Assembly: GCA_963702475.1 (NCBI GenBank)
Contig: CAVPCT010000006.1
Span: 192,001-256,000, forward strand
Source of the DNA: an uncultured Thermoleophilia bacterium
GTDB taxonomy: Bacteria > Actinomycetota > Thermoleophilia > UBA2241
Reading direction: 5' to 3'
Length of the DNA stretch: 64,000 nt
Shown here: piece after piece, positions 1 to 10,452 of the stretch
Numbering within the stretch: position 1 is the stretch's first letter
How the letters are laid out: the number at the start of each line of letters is the position of its first letter
The notes under the pieces: model-generated
Databases searched by the model: none
What the model saw: the letters and a program-made list of their open reading frames with translations, nothing else
What the model was told of the DNA's origin: nothing
Position numbers and translations under genes: made by a program

Positions 1-1150
1 GGTCGATGAGCACCACAGCCATGCTGGCGGTCGGACTCCCGGCGGCGGCCGCGACCCGCGCGCCGCACGGCACGATGGACGCGAACGTGGTGAAGGGGGA
101 CTGGATCACCCGCAGCCCCCGCGCGGTCAGCAGGCCGAGATGCTCGACGCCGTCCTTGCTGAAGAACGCGACGATGCCGCCATCCGGCAGGAAGCCGTAG
201 TCCTGCAGGCCGAAGACCCAGGCGGGACCGGCGAACTCGGCGGCGACGGGCGCCAGCGGCTCCGCCGCCGAGAGGTCCGGCGCCATCCGGTAGAGGTTCC
301 ACCAGCCGCTGCGGTCGCTGACGAAGTGCAGCCTGCCGTCTGGGCTCCAGGCGGGCTGCACCACGCTTTCGTCGGGGCCGCCGGCGACGAGCCGCTCCGC
401 GGCGAGCCCACCGGCGGCCGTCACGTCTGCCACTCGGAGCTCCGTGCCGTCCCACGGCATGCGCGGGTGGTCCCAGCTGAGCCACGCCAGCTGCGAGCCG
501 TCGGGGCTCAGCCGCGGCGCCGCGTAGAAGTCGTGCCCGCCGGCGATGATGCGCGGCTCCGCCGAGCCGTCCGCCGGCAGCATGACCAGCTCGTTGACCA
601 CGCCGTCCGCCTCGTGCCGCTCGCGCACGCAGACGAGCGCGCGGCCGTCGGGGCTCGCGGTGGCGTCGGCGTAGCGCACGCTGCGCGGCGCGGGGGGTTC
701 GGGCGTGATGGGCCGGGGCCGGCGCTCGCGCGCCCCGCCCGGCCCGCCGTCTGCCGGGCCGCCCGCTCCATCGCGGGCCGCGCCGCCCGGCAGGTCAATC
801 CGGTACAGCCGCTGGTCCTCGAACTCGCTGTAGACCACGGTGACGCCGTCGTCCGGCTGCTCGAAGACGACGTAGGCGCCGCCCCCGTATTCGTGCACCA
901 GGGTGCGCACGTTCGCGCCGGGTGGCGTGACGTCCTCGATGCTCTCGTCCGCGCTCCGCCGCACGAGCGCGCTGCGTCCGCCGTCCGCGGGGCGGAGCTC
1001 GAGCCAGAAGAGGTCGCCGCCGGCGCTCCGTACGGCGCCCAGCGTCACAGCCGACCGGGCGATGTCCTCGGCGGAGAGGGGCGACTCCCAGGAGCCGTAG
1101 GGGGCCACGGCGAGGCCGGTCGTCTCCTTCGGAGGTAGCGCGTCTGTCAT
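1..1150 (-). CDS. S9 family peptidase (dipeptidyl aminopeptidase/acylaminoacyl peptidase), N-terminal part; runs off left edge
   Basis: Manual translation from ATG at 1150 (GGAGG RBS upstream): MTDALPPKETTGLAVAPYGSWESPLSAEDI...VHEYGGGAY...DQRLYR...HDFYAAPRLSPDG...WDHPRMPWDGTEL...GWWNLY, typical of the S9 beta-propeller region. Confidence 0.85.
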   Translation of the reverse strand, partial: MTDALPPKETTGLAVAPYGSWESPLSAEDIARSAVTLGAVRSAGGDLFWLELRPADGGRSALVRRSADESIEDVTPPGANVRTLVHEYGGGAYVVFEQPDDGVTVVYSEFEDQRLYRIDLPGGAARDGAGGPADGGPGGARERRPRPITPEPPAPRSVRYADATASPDGRALVCVRERHEADGVVNELVMLPADGSAEPRIIAGGHDFYAAPRLSPDGSQLAWLSWDHPRMPWDGTELRVADVTAAGGLAAERLVAGGPDESVVQPAWSPDGRLHFVSDRSGWWNLYRMAPDLSAAEPLAPVAAEFAGPAWVFGLQDYGFLPDGGIVAFFSKDGVEHLGLLTARGLRVIQSPFTTFASIVPCGARVAAAAGSPTASMAVVLID

Positions 1151-1244
1151 GAGTGCCTCCCGGCGTCCTGCGCCTGTGGCGCGGTCTGCAGGGAGGTATA
1201 CCCGAGCTTGACCGCGCCGCTACGGGAGCACAGACGGCCATCGC

Positions 1245-1284
1245 CCGGGGGCGGCCGGGCTCCGCGGAGCCCGGCCGCCCCCGG
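1245..1284. terminator. Perfect 40-bp GC-rich palindrome downstream of the octaheme cytochrome gene; probable terminator hairpin
   Basis: ccgggggcggccgggctccg|cggagcccggccgcccccgg, 13 nt after the stop of the 1298..2821 gene. Confidence 0.6.
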
Positions 1285-1297
1285 CGGGTCTGCTCCG

Positions 1298-2821
1298 CTA
1301 CTTCCTCGTCACCTTCACCGTCAGCGTCGTGGTTCGCAGCCCCGAGGAAAGGAGTGGCTGCGCCGCGTCGTTGACGACGTCGGAGTCCGAACACGTCAGG
1401 CGCACCTTGTACGTGCCCGGCTTGGCGTAGACGTGGGTGGCCTTGGCATCGCCGGGCGCCGCGGTGACGGTGCCCTCGCTGGAGCCGTCGCCGAACCACC
1501 AGGCGAACGTGTTGGGCGACGCGTTGCCCCACTTGAGCAGCTTGGAGGCGTCGAAGCGCACCTTCTTGCCGGCCACCAGGTTCTTCACCGTGAAGCCGGC
1601 GTCGTACGGCTTCTCGAGCCCGCGCAGCTTGGACTCCTCACCGGCGATCAGGTCGCGGTCCACGTTCACGCGGGCCCAACCGAACCAGTGGCTGTAGTCC
1701 GGGTTGATGTGGTAGGCGCCCTTGAACGTGTTCACGTGGTCGTACTTGTAGGTGTTGAAGAACAGCTGCTCGATGGCCGACGTACCACCGTAGAGCTGCT
1801 GGCCGCCGAGCACGAGGTTCGGCCCGAAGACCGGGTTCGGCGCGCGGACGAGTGGCATCGGGTCGAGCAGGTCGTCCCACCACAGGCCGCGGATCCTCAT
1901 GACAGGGTCCCAGAGCAGCGTGTCGACGTCCATCTTGATCTGGTCGGCGCCCTCGAGGTTCTTCTTCACGAACGAGCCCGCGTGGCAGTCACCGCAGATG
2001 ACGGACATCTTGGCGCGCTTGGCGTCGAAGTCGGCCTGGGTGATCACGCGCATCGGGACGGGCAGCGCCACGCCCGGCAGCCGCGCGCCCTGCGCGACGG
2101 TCCCGATGGTGAGGTTGGTGGAGACGTCGTGCACCAGCGGCTTGCCGGCGCCGTTCTCGGACTCGGGCATGTGACAGGTGACGCAGGTGGGCGCGCGGTC
2201 GGGGTTCCCGTTCACGCGGTTCTTCTCGGTCACGTAGACCACGCCGTGCTTGCTCTTGGTCCACATGTCGATCTGCTCGTGGTCGGGGCCCATGTGGCAG
2301 GTGCCGCAGGCCTCGGGCTCCCTCGCCTCTTCGGCCGAAAAGGTGTGGCGCGTGTGGCAGGAGTCGCACTTGCCCACGCTGCCGTCGGCGTACACGTAGC
2401 CGATGTTGTGGCAGCGCTCGCACATCTCGTACCGCTCGGCCTCGGGCATGACCCTGTAGCGCGCCGCTGCCGTCATGCGCGTCCAGCCTATGGCGTGCTT
2501 GTTGGTGTAGTTGCCGGCCGCGTCCTTGTGCGCGAACTCGGCGTACTCGCCGGGGTGGCAGCCGGTCTGCGCGCAGGTGCTCGCCGGCACCTTGCCCTCG
2601 TTGGTCAGGATGACGCTGTGGTCAGCGCCGTGGCAGGTCGCGCAGGTGACGCCCTGCTTGGACATGGCGCCGTCCTTGTACTGCGTGACGATGCCCGGCG
2701 TGAGCGACGTGTGGCAGTCGACGCACTCTTGTGGCGTGTAGGTGGCCGCCGCGGCTGCTCCTGCGAGCAGCAGCGCCAGCACCACGGCAGCGACAAGGCA
2801 CAGCACGGTTCTTCGGATCAT
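1298..2821 (-). CDS. Secreted octaheme cytochrome c of the hydroxylamine oxidoreductase (HAO) family with C-terminal PKD domain
   Basis: Signal peptide; 7 CxxCH plus one CX4CH (CAQTGCH); HAO-like CDSCHTRHTFS, CGTCHMGPDH and HINPDYSHWFGW; C-terminal FDAS...WWFGDG...THVYAKPGTYKVRLT (PKD). Confidence 0.85.
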   Translation of the reverse strand: MIRRTVLCLVAAVVLALLLAGAAAAATYTPQECVDCHTSLTPGIVTQYKDGAMSKQGVTCATCHGADHSVILTNEGKVPASTCAQTGCHPGEYAEFAHKDAAGNYTNKHAIGWTRMTAAARYRVMPEAERYEMCERCHNIGYVYADGSVGKCDSCHTRHTFSAEEAREPEACGTCHMGPDHEQIDMWTKSKHGVVYVTEKNRVNGNPDRAPTCVTCHMPESENGAGKPLVHDVSTNLTIGTVAQGARLPGVALPVPMRVITQADFDAKRAKMSVICGDCHAGSFVKKNLEGADQIKMDVDTLLWDPVMRIRGLWWDDLLDPMPLVRAPNPVFGPNLVLGGQQLYGGTSAIEQLFFNTYKYDHVNTFKGAYHINPDYSHWFGWARVNVDRDLIAGEESKLRGLEKPYDAGFTVKNLVAGKKVRFDASKLLKWGNASPNTFAWWFGDGSSEGTVTAAPGDAKATHVYAKPGTYKVRLTCSDSDVVNDAAQPLLSSGLRTTTLTVKVTRK

Positions 2822-2840
2822 AGGCTCCCCCTCTCCCCTC

Positions 2841-2904
2841 TTGTGCGGATTCGCACAAGCTATCCCACAGGAAGGAGTCTGGTCCGGGCCTTGACTTCAG
2901 ACAA
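2841..2904 (-). promoter_or_regulatory. Octaheme gene promoter with Rex/CRP-like palindrome and Crp/Fnr-type TTGAC-N4 box
   Basis: TTGTGCGGATTCGCACAA at 2841-2858 and TTGACTTCAGACAA at 2891-2904; candidate -10 TAGCTT (minus strand) at 2857-2862. Confidence 0.5.
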
Positions 2905-2956
2905 GTACATGCGCCGTTCATGGTCTCAAGCGCATGTCGGGGGCCGTACCCGGCCG

Positions 2957-5551
2957 TCAGCGCGCGGTGTGCTCCAGACGGAAGACGTGGTGCCGGTTCG
3001 CCGCCCGCGTGCAGTCGAAGGGCAGCGTGGCGCGCGAGAGGTCGGTGACCGTGAGCCCGGTGAGCTCGTCGCGCTGCAGGTGGAAGCCCCTGCGGTTGGT
3101 GGCGAAGAGCAGGACTCCGCCGGGGGCGAGCAGCCGCCGCGCCGTCATGCGCAGCAGGTCGGGGTGGTCGCGCTGCACGTCGAACGTGACCGTGCCCATG
3201 CGCTTGGAGTTGGAGAACGTGGGCGGGTCCAGCCAGATGAGGTCGTACCGGCCTTCGGCCGTGGCCAGCCAGCGCAGGCAGTCGGCCTGGACCAGGTGAT
3301 GCGGGGAGGCCGCGGCCTGCGCAGCAGCCTTGCCGCGGCCGGCGTCGGCTCCGGCGCTCAGTTCAAGGGACGCGCTGAACCCGTTGGCCTCGAGGTTGCG
3401 GCGCGCCCACTCGAGGTACGTCCCCGAGAGGTCCACCGTGGTGGACGCCTGGGAGCCTCCGGCCAGGGCGTCCACGGTCATCGTGCCGGTGTACGCGAAG
3501 AGGTTGAGAAAGCGGCGGCCGCCGGCGAGCGTACGCACGAGCCGCCGTGTGAGGCGCTGGTCGACGAACAGGCCCGTGTCCAGGTAGTCGCGCAGGTTCA
3601 CGAGGTAGGTGAGGTCGTCCTCCGTGACCGGGAGGAACTCGCCGCCGCGTTCGCGGCGCTCGTACTGCGCCGCCCCGCGCTGCCGGCGGCGCTGCTTGAG
3701 CACCACGCGTTCCGGCGGCGCCTCCAGCACCGCGCCGATCACGGCGAGGGCGTCGTCCAGCCGGCGCGCCGTCTTGGCGGGGTCGATCTCGGGCGGCGCT
3801 GCGTACTCGGCCACGTGCACCCAGTCGCCGTACACGTCCACGACGAAGTTGTACTCGGGCAGGTCGGCGTCGTAGAGCCGGTAGCAGGTGATGCTCTCGC
3901 GACGCAGCTGCTTGCCGAGCCGGCGCAGGTTCTTGTGCAGACGGTTGGCGAGCTGCTCGGCGCCACCGCCCAGCATGCCGGGGCGGCGGGCCGGCGCGGC
4001 AGGCTGCGGCGAGTCGGGGCCGGCGTCCTCCGGCGCCACTTGCCGGGCCCGGTCGGGCGAGCCGTAGGAAGCCGCAGCGGCCGGCTGGTCCGGCTCTGCC
4101 GTGAGGCTCGTCCCTGACGAGGACGCGTGCGCCGGAGCTTCGCCGGCGTCGGTCGCGCGCGGACGCTTCGACGAGCGCACGGCGGCGCGGGCGTTGCGCT
4201 CGTCGGCCGGACGCGCGCCTGTATGCCCGTCCGCCGGGGCCACGTCGCAGAACGAGAGCGTGGCCTCCAGCGGGCCGTTGCGGAGCGTCGTCTCGCGGAG
4301 CACGCGGAGGCCCGCCGCCGCAGCCTGGTGTCTGCTCCCGGTGAGCAGGGCGGCGCGCCAGCCGGGGAACTCCAGGCGCAGACGCTCGCCGAGCTCCGCC
4401 GCGAGGGCCTCGGCGTCTTCGCGGCGTCCGAGGCGCTCCCCGTAGGGCAGGTTGGCCGCGACGATGCCGCCGGCCGCGGGCGGCCGCAGCTCGCGCACGT
4501 CGCCGCGGCCGATCGCCACGACGTCCGCCAGGCCGGCCTTCTTGACGCAGGCGCGCGCCACGTCCACCGAGCGGGCGTCGCGGTCGCTGCCGGAGACCGT
4601 CTGGCCGGGCGCCGCCGCTGCGAGGCGGCCCAGCCCGGCCGCGCGGCGCTCGCGCGCTTCGCCGACGAGCTCGTCCCAGGCGGCAGCGTCGTGGCCGAGC
4701 CAGCGGGTGAAGCCGAATCCGGGTGGGGCCGCCGGCTGCTCCTCGCGTGGGTCGCCACGCCGCGGCCGGTCGTGACGGCCTCTGTGCGGTGGCGTGCCCG
4801 GCCGTCCGGACCCGTGCGGGGCCGCGGCCGGCGGACGCCGCGCCACGGGCGCTCCCTCGCCTTCGGCGCGGAGCAGGCCGGGCGCCACGTCGGCCGCGAT
4901 CATGGCCGCTTCGATGGGCAGCGTGCCCGACCCGCAGAGCGGATCCAGCAGGCTGCCCCCCGCGGCGGCCTCCTGCGGCCACGCCGCGTACAGCAGCATG
5001 GCGGCGGCCAGGTTCTCCTTGAGCGGCGCCTCGACCTGCATCCTGTCGGTGCGATAGCCGCGCCGGTGCAGGCTGTCTCCGCTCAGGTCGAGCGAGATCG
5101 TCACTCGGTCGCGCCCGAGGTGGCCGTTGACGCGCAGGTCGGGACTGTGTGGGTCGACGGACGGACGCACTCCGTCATGCCGGGCGCGGAACTGGTCGAC
5201 GATGGCGTCCTTGATGCGCACGGTCCCGTACCGGGTGTCGCGGATCGCGTCGCTGGTGCCGGTGAAGTCGACGACCAGGGTGCCGTGCGTGTCCAGGTGG
5301 GCGTCCCAGTCCACGCGCAAGGCGGTAGCGTACAGCTCGTCGCCGTCGGCCGCCGGACCCGTGACGAGCGGCAGCAGCACGCGTCCCGCGAGGCGGGACC
5401 ACAGGCACACGAGATAGGCGGTCCGCAACTCTCCCTCGAACGACACGCCGGCGCGGGCCTGGCGCGCGTGCTCGATGCCCAGGCCGCGCAGCTCGCCGGC
5501 CAGGAGCGACTCCATGCCGCGGGGTACAGTGACGAAGAAGGGGTGTCTCAC
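2957..5551 (-). CDS. rlmKL: Bifunctional 23S rRNA m2G2445/m7G2069 methyltransferase RlmKL
   Basis: THUMP/RlmL part (SLHRRGYR, EAPLKENLAAA, DPLCGSGT) and RlmK part (YRLYDADLPEY, DYLDTGLFVDQR, FLNLFAYTG, DPPTFSNSK). Confidence 0.92.
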   Translation of the reverse strand: MRHPFFVTVPRGMESLLAGELRGLGIEHARQARAGVSFEGELRTAYLVCLWSRLAGRVLLPLVTGPAADGDELYATALRVDWDAHLDTHGTLVVDFTGTSDAIRDTRYGTVRIKDAIVDQFRARHDGVRPSVDPHSPDLRVNGHLGRDRVTISLDLSGDSLHRRGYRTDRMQVEAPLKENLAAAMLLYAAWPQEAAAGGSLLDPLCGSGTLPIEAAMIAADVAPGLLRAEGEGAPVARRPPAAAPHGSGRPGTPPHRGRHDRPRRGDPREEQPAAPPGFGFTRWLGHDAAAWDELVGEARERRAAGLGRLAAAAPGQTVSGSDRDARSVDVARACVKKAGLADVVAIGRGDVRELRPPAAGGIVAANLPYGERLGRREDAEALAAELGERLRLEFPGWRAALLTGSRHQAAAAGLRVLRETTLRNGPLEATLSFCDVAPADGHTGARPADERNARAAVRSSKRPRATDAGEAPAHASSSGTSLTAEPDQPAAAASYGSPDRARQVAPEDAGPDSPQPAAPARRPGMLGGGAEQLANRLHKNLRRLGKQLRRESITCYRLYDADLPEYNFVVDVYGDWVHVAEYAAPPEIDPAKTARRLDDALAVIGAVLEAPPERVVLKQRRRQRGAAQYERRERGGEFLPVTEDDLTYLVNLRDYLDTGLFVDQRLTRRLVRTLAGGRRFLNLFAYTGTMTVDALAGGSQASTTVDLSGTYLEWARRNLEANGFSASLELSAGADAGRGKAAAQAAASPHHLVQADCLRWLATAEGRYDLIWLDPPTFSNSKRMGTVTFDVQRDHPDLLRMTARRLLAPGGVLLFATNRRGFHLQRDELTGLTVTDLSRATLPFDCTRAANRHHVFRLEHTAR

Positions 5552-5755
5552 CCCGCAAGGCTACCACGGTGCCGTGACGGCTCCCGCCGTCGAGCCTCAC
5601 GCGGCGCGCCTGCGGCCCCTGCCTTTCGTCGCGGGACGGCCGCCGCGGCGTAGCCGCAGGCATTCAAGGCAGCCCCCCGAATTGACGAAACAGAAGAACG
5701 GATGCAACGCTTGTCGGGGCTTCGTCGTGAGGCCCGACCATACGAGGGACCACCC

Positions 5756-7127
5756 ATGCTTCGTCCACTGCTCATCGGCATCGCCGCCGTCGCGTTCTCC
5801 CTCCCCGGCGCCTACAGCATCGCGACCGCAGCGCTCGCGACCCCACGCTGAGCCGGCTCCCGTCGAGCTGCAGACGTTCCAGGGCAACGCCGGCGGCATC
5901 CTCTCGGCCGTCGCCCCTACCACCGTCCCGGGCGCCCCTGTGACCACCGTGAGCGGCAACGACGACCGCTGGCACAACACCGCCGTCACGCTGCAGCTCA
6001 CCGTCGCCGACACGGGCGCCGGCGTCGCGTTCACCACGTACCAGGTCGGCAGCGGCGCGTGGGAGAAGGGGACGAGCATCAGGGTCGCAGCGCCGAAGGA
6101 CCACTCCAACGACGGCGCCATCAAGGTCAGCTTCTACTCGGTCGGCGCCGACGGCGCCGTCGAACCCGAGACGTCCGTGACGGTGAAGATCGACACCACG
6201 CCGCCGGCGTTCAAATGGGCCGGTGTGTCTCCGTCGGTCATCGAGGGAACGCGCCCCGTCACGTTCAGCTTCGTCGTCCGCGACCTCACCCCGACGGTCG
6301 CGATCGACTGGCGCGCGACGGACCAGTACGGCAGCTTCGCGGCGGCCAAGAAGGGCCTCGAGCGCGAAGTGGGCTCGCGCTCGATCGAGGTCGTGCCGCG
6401 GTACAGGAACGGCAGGGCCTTCGAGCCAGGCCTGTACAGGGTGAGCCTCACGCTCACCGACGAGGCCGGCAACACGACCACGACCAGCGAGAAGGCCTTC
6501 CGCGACTATCGCGCCGCACCCGCCAAGGTCTGGCGGCGCGTGAGCGGGGCCGGCAAGCGCATCGCCCTCACGTTCGACGACGGCGGCGCCGGTCCGTGGC
6601 AGTCCATACTGAACACCTTCAAGCGCTACGGGATGCACGGCACCTTCTTCCCGCTCGGCCCGTACGTGGCGGCGAGCCCGTCGCTGGCGCGTCGCACCCT
6701 GGCCGAGGGGCACGCCATCGGCTCGCACGGCTGGACGCACACCGACATGACCCGCCAGAGCTTCGCTCAGGTGGTCAGTGAGCTGAGGCGCAGCGAGGCG
6801 CCGTGGTGGAGCTCCGCCCAGGCGACCCCGGTGCAGTACTTCCGCCCGCCCTACGGCTCGTACAACGGCACGACGCTCGCCGCAGCCAGGTCGACAGGCT
6901 TCAGCCGCGTGATGCTCTGGGACGTGGACCCGCGCGACTGGTCGGGCCCTGGATCGGGCTCGATCGCCTCGCACGTGCTCTCGCACGTGCACTCGGGGGC
7001 GATCGTCTGCATGCACCTCACGCCGCAGACCGCCGCGGCGCTGCCCACGATCCTAGCCGGCCTCAAGGTGCGCGGCTATAAGGCCGTGTCGCTGCCTGAG
7101 CTGTTCCAGGCGGCCGGGTACCGCTGA
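5756..7127 (+). CDS. Secreted polysaccharide deacetylase (NodB/CE4) with N-terminal Ig-like domains; frameshift near 5840
   Basis: ATG 5756 after GAGGG encodes signal peptide MLRPLLIGIAAVAFSLPGAYSIATAALA, then shifts into the 5475..7127 frame with ALTFDDG, GSHGWTH, YFRPPYG, WDVDPRDW, IVCMH. Confidence 0.85.
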
Positions 7128-7197
7128 TCCGGACCCGCTGCCCCGCCATGCCGAGCAGGCCTGCCCGGCCGCGGTGAACCCGGCGAGTCCGGCGACC

Positions 7198-7587
7198 ATG
7201 CGAGCTGACGTCTCCATGTGGGCAGCTGCCGCCGGCCTGGTCCTCGCTGTCGCGGCCGGCGTGTGGCTCGCCGTCGACCCGGGTCTCTACCAGGGTGTGT
7301 CAACGTCGGTCTCTTCCTCGGGGGTCGTGACGACCACGGCCGAGAGCGCCTCGCTGGTCGAGAAGAACGGCGTCTGGGTCGTCGGCCTGCTCTGCCTCCC
7401 TGTCGCGCTCGCCGGCTTCGGCCTGTACTGCGCCGTCCGCCGCCGCCGGGTGCTGCTGTGGGTGAGTGGCCTCCTGCTGATCGGCTTCGTCGTGGCCTCG
7501 GGGTTCGCCATCGGCCTGTGGTACGCGCCGGCGGCGCTGGCGCTGCTCGTCGCCTCGGGGCTGTGCCGGGGTCTGGGCCCGCCCTGA
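7198..7587 (+). CDS. Hypothetical membrane protein (about 4 TM segments)
   Basis: Hydrophobic ORF between two well-supported genes; start uncertain (7174/7198/7217). Confidence 0.65.
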   Translation: MRADVSMWAAAAGLVLAVAAGVWLAVDPGLYQGVSTSVSSSGVVTTTAESASLVEKNGVWVVGLLCLPVALAGFGLYCAVRRRRVLLWVSGLLLIGFVVASGFAIGLWYAPAALALLVASGLCRGLGPP

Positions 7588-7693
7588 GTCGCGAAGGCCG
7601 CGACCTCCTCTGGACTGCGTCGACCATCGACCCCCCCGCAGCCGGTGACGGCCTCGTTTGGACGCCCGACGATGGGGACAGCCGGAGGCGCCT

Positions 7694-9700
7694 CTAGACG
7701 AGCGTCGCGGGAGGCTCGGCGGCGATCTCGGCGAGGAAGTCCTCGCCGTACCGCTCCAGCTTGGTCGTGCCGACGCCGTTCACGGCGAGCAGTTCGTCGG
7801 CTGTGCGCGGTCTGCGCGCCGCCATCTCCGCGAGTGCGGCGTCGCTGAACACCACGTAGGCCGGGACGTGCTGCGCGTCTGCAAGGCGCTTGCGCAGCGC
7901 GCGTAGTCGCTCGAAGAGCTCCTCGTCGATCTCGAGCCCGGCGAGGCTCTCGGCGCGGGCGCGCCGGTCGGCCGCCTTGCGCACCTTGGCGCTGGGGACG
8001 CGCGTGCGTGGCTTGGCGAGCACCAGCGTCTCGTCGCCGCGCAGCAGCGGCCGCGCCGCCTCGGTGAGCCGCAGCGTGGAGTAGTGCGCGATGTCCTGCG
8101 AGAGGTAGCCGCGGTGGATGAGCTGGCGGATGAGGCTCTGCCAATGGTCGCGGCTCAGCGCGCCGCCGATGCCGAAGGTGCTGAGCTTGTCGTGGCCGCG
8201 CGCGAGGGTCTTTTCGTTCTCCTGGCCGCGCAGGACGTCGATGACGTAGCCGATGCCGTACCCGAACCCGCTGCGCTCCCACAGCCTGTACACGCAGCTC
8301 AGCGCCATCTGCGCCTGCTCGGTGGCGTCGAAGGTCTCGGGTGGGTCGAGGCAGATGTCGCAGTTGCCGCAAGGCGACGGGTAGGGCTCTCCGAAGTAGC
8401 CGAGGAGCGCCTCGCGGCGGCAGGTGAGGCCGTCCGCGTAGTCGACCATGGCGTTGAGCTTGTGGATCTCGATGCGCACGCGCTCCGGATCGCGCTCGTG
8501 CTCTTCGTCGCCGTTGCGGCCGCCGCCCTCCACCAGGCTGCGCACGACGGCCGCGTCGCCGAGGCCGAAGAGTAGCAGGGCCTCGGCCGGCAGGCTGTCG
8601 CGGCCGCCGCGCCCGGTCTCCTGGTAGTAGCTCTCGACCGACTTCGGCAGGTCGTGGTGCACCACGAAACGCACGTTGCTCTTGTCGATGCCCATGCCGA
8701 AGGCGACAGTCGCCACCACGACAAGGATGTCGTCGGCGGCGAACGCGTCCTGCACCCGCCGCCGCTCGTGCGGTGGCAGCCCGGCGTGGTACGCGGCCGC
8801 GCTCACGCCGTGTGCCCGCAGCTTCTCTGCGACCTCTTCCGTACGCCTGCGCGACAGGCAGTACACGATACCGGATTCGCCATGGTGCCCCGCGAGGAAC
8901 TTGAGCAGCTGGTGCAGGGGTTCCCGCTTGTCGACGACGGTGTAGCGGATGTTCGGACGGTCGAAGCCGGTGACGAAGACCGGGGCCTCCGCGAGCCCGA
9001 GTCTCGCGCGTACGTCGTCGCGCGTCTCGGGGTCGGCGGTGGCCGTGCACGCGAGGACGGGCACGCCGGGGAAGAGGCCGCGGAGCTGGCCGAGCTGCAC
9101 ATACTCGGGGCGGAAGTCGTGGCCCCACTGGCTCACGCAGTGCGCCTCGTCGATGGCGAACAGGGCGACGCCGGGCCGGTCGGCGGCGGCTGTTGCGGGA
9201 GCGCCGGACCCCTCTGCGGCGGCTGCGGGAGTGGCGGCCTGCGGGTCGCCCACGGCTGGGTCGCCGCCGCAGAGCCCCTGCAGTCGCTCCAGAAACGAAT
9301 CGGTCATGAGTGTCTCGGGCGCGACGTACAGCAGGTCCAGCCGCCCGCCGTGCAGGTCGCGCAAGACGTCACGGGCCTCGTCGGGCTCGAGCGACGAGTT
9401 GTAGGCGGCGGCGCGTACGCCGGCGGCCCGCAGCGCGTCGACCTGGTCCTTCATCAGCGAGATGAGCGGCGAGACGACGATGCCGGTGCCGGGGCGCACG
9501 AGCGCCGGCAACTGGTAGCAGAGGGACTTGCCGCCGCCGGTGGGCATGAGCACGAACCCGTCGCCTCCGGCGATGAGGTGCTCGACGATCTCCTCCTGGT
9601 GCGGGCGGTAGTCGGCGAACCCGAACACGTCGCGCAGAAGGGCGCGGGCCGGCGTCGGCGTATGCGGTGCGTGAGTGACGGATGCAGGGGCGAGGGTCAC
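7694..9700 (-). CDS. recQ: ATP-dependent DNA helicase RecQ
   Basis: [55 protein letters not shown], Zn-binding CRR...CGNCDIC, RQC and HRDC domains. Confidence 0.96.
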   Translation of the reverse strand: MTLAPASVTHAPHTPTPARALLRDVFGFADYRPHQEEIVEHLIAGGDGFVLMPTGGGKSLCYQLPALVRPGTGIVVSPLISLMKDQVDALRAAGVRAAAYNSSLEPDEARDVLRDLHGGRLDLLYVAPETLMTDSFLERLQGLCGGDPAVGDPQAATPAAAAEGSGAPATAAADRPGVALFAIDEAHCVSQWGHDFRPEYVQLGQLRGLFPGVPVLACTATADPETRDDVRARLGLAEAPVFVTGFDRPNIRYTVVDKREPLHQLLKFLAGHHGESGIVYCLSRRRTEEVAEKLRAHGVSAAAYHAGLPPHERRRVQDAFAADDILVVVATVAFGMGIDKSNVRFVVHHDLPKSVESYYQETGRGGRDSLPAEALLLFGLGDAAVVRSLVEGGGRNGDEEHERDPERVRIEIHKLNAMVDYADGLTCRREALLGYFGEPYPSPCGNCDICLDPPETFDATEQAQMALSCVYRLWERSGFGYGIGYVIDVLRGQENEKTLARGHDKLSTFGIGGALSRDHWQSLIRQLIHRGYLSQDIAHYSTLRLTEAARPLLRGDETLVLAKPRTRVPSAKVRKAADRRARAESLAGLEIDEELFERLRALRKRLADAQHVPAYVVFSDAALAEMAARRPRTADELLAVNGVGTTKLERYGEDFLAEIAAEPPATLV

Positions 9701-9898
9701 GGTCCGAGTCTAGCAAGGTTGACGGACGGCGGACCCGACGCAGGACCGGGGCCGCCGTCCGCGCGCGGGGCCGGGCACGGTCCGGCCGTGATCGCAAGTC
9801 CCGTCGGCGCCCGCGACCGGACGCCGTTCAGCGTGTGCGCGTACAATCCGGCACGCACGCGACGTTCGGCGGCGCTCAGCGCCGTGAGGAGGCTCGAG

Positions 9899-10342
9899 AT
9901 GAAGTACGCAGCGGCGTCCCTGGGCCGCGTCCTGGTGGTCAGGCTCGAGGACGGCGACGTGGTCCACGAGTGCATCGAGGAGGCGGCGCGAGCCGAAGGC
10001 ATCGCGCGCGCCGCCGTGATCCTGCTCGGCGGAGCAGCCGGCGGCAGCCGCCTCGTGGTGGGGCCCGAGGACGCGGCGGCGAGGCCGGTCGCCGCCATGC
10101 AGCGGGCGATGCACGACGTCCACGAGATGGTCGGCGCCGGCACCGTGTTCCCCGACGAGGCCGGGCGGCCCATCCTTCACCTGCACGCGTCGTTCGGGCG
10201 GGATGCCGACGTGACCACTGGCTGCATCCGCGCCGGCGTCACCACCTGGGTCGTCGCAGAGGCCATCGTCGTCGAGATCGTCGGGAGCGACGCGGTACGC
10301 CGCGTGGACCCTGCGAGCGGGTTCGAGCTCCTGGAGGTCTGA
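9899..10342 (+). CDS. PPC/DUF296 domain protein
   Basis: MKYAAASLGRVLVVRLEDGDVVHECI...HEMVGAGTVF...LHLHASFGR...CIRAGV; GAGGAGG RBS upstream. Confidence 0.85.
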   Translation: MKYAAASLGRVLVVRLEDGDVVHECIEEAARAEGIARAAVILLGGAAGGSRLVVGPEDAAARPVAAMQRAMHDVHEMVGAGTVFPDEAGRPILHLHASFGRDADVTTGCIRAGVTTWVVAEAIVVEIVGSDAVRRVDPASGFELLEV

Positions 10343-10419
10343 GGCGAGACGGAACAGGGGGAGTGTGACCTCGCTCCCACGTCCACGCCGGGAGGCGCGC
10401 GTGACGGCCTCGGGAGACG

Positions 10420-10452
10420 GCAAAGGCGGGGCTCGAGGAGCCCCGCCTTTGC
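10420..10452. terminator. Bidirectional intrinsic terminator-like hairpin
   Basis: gcaaaggcggggctc-gag-gagccccgcctttgc, with A/T flanks on both sides of the GC stem. Confidence 0.7.
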
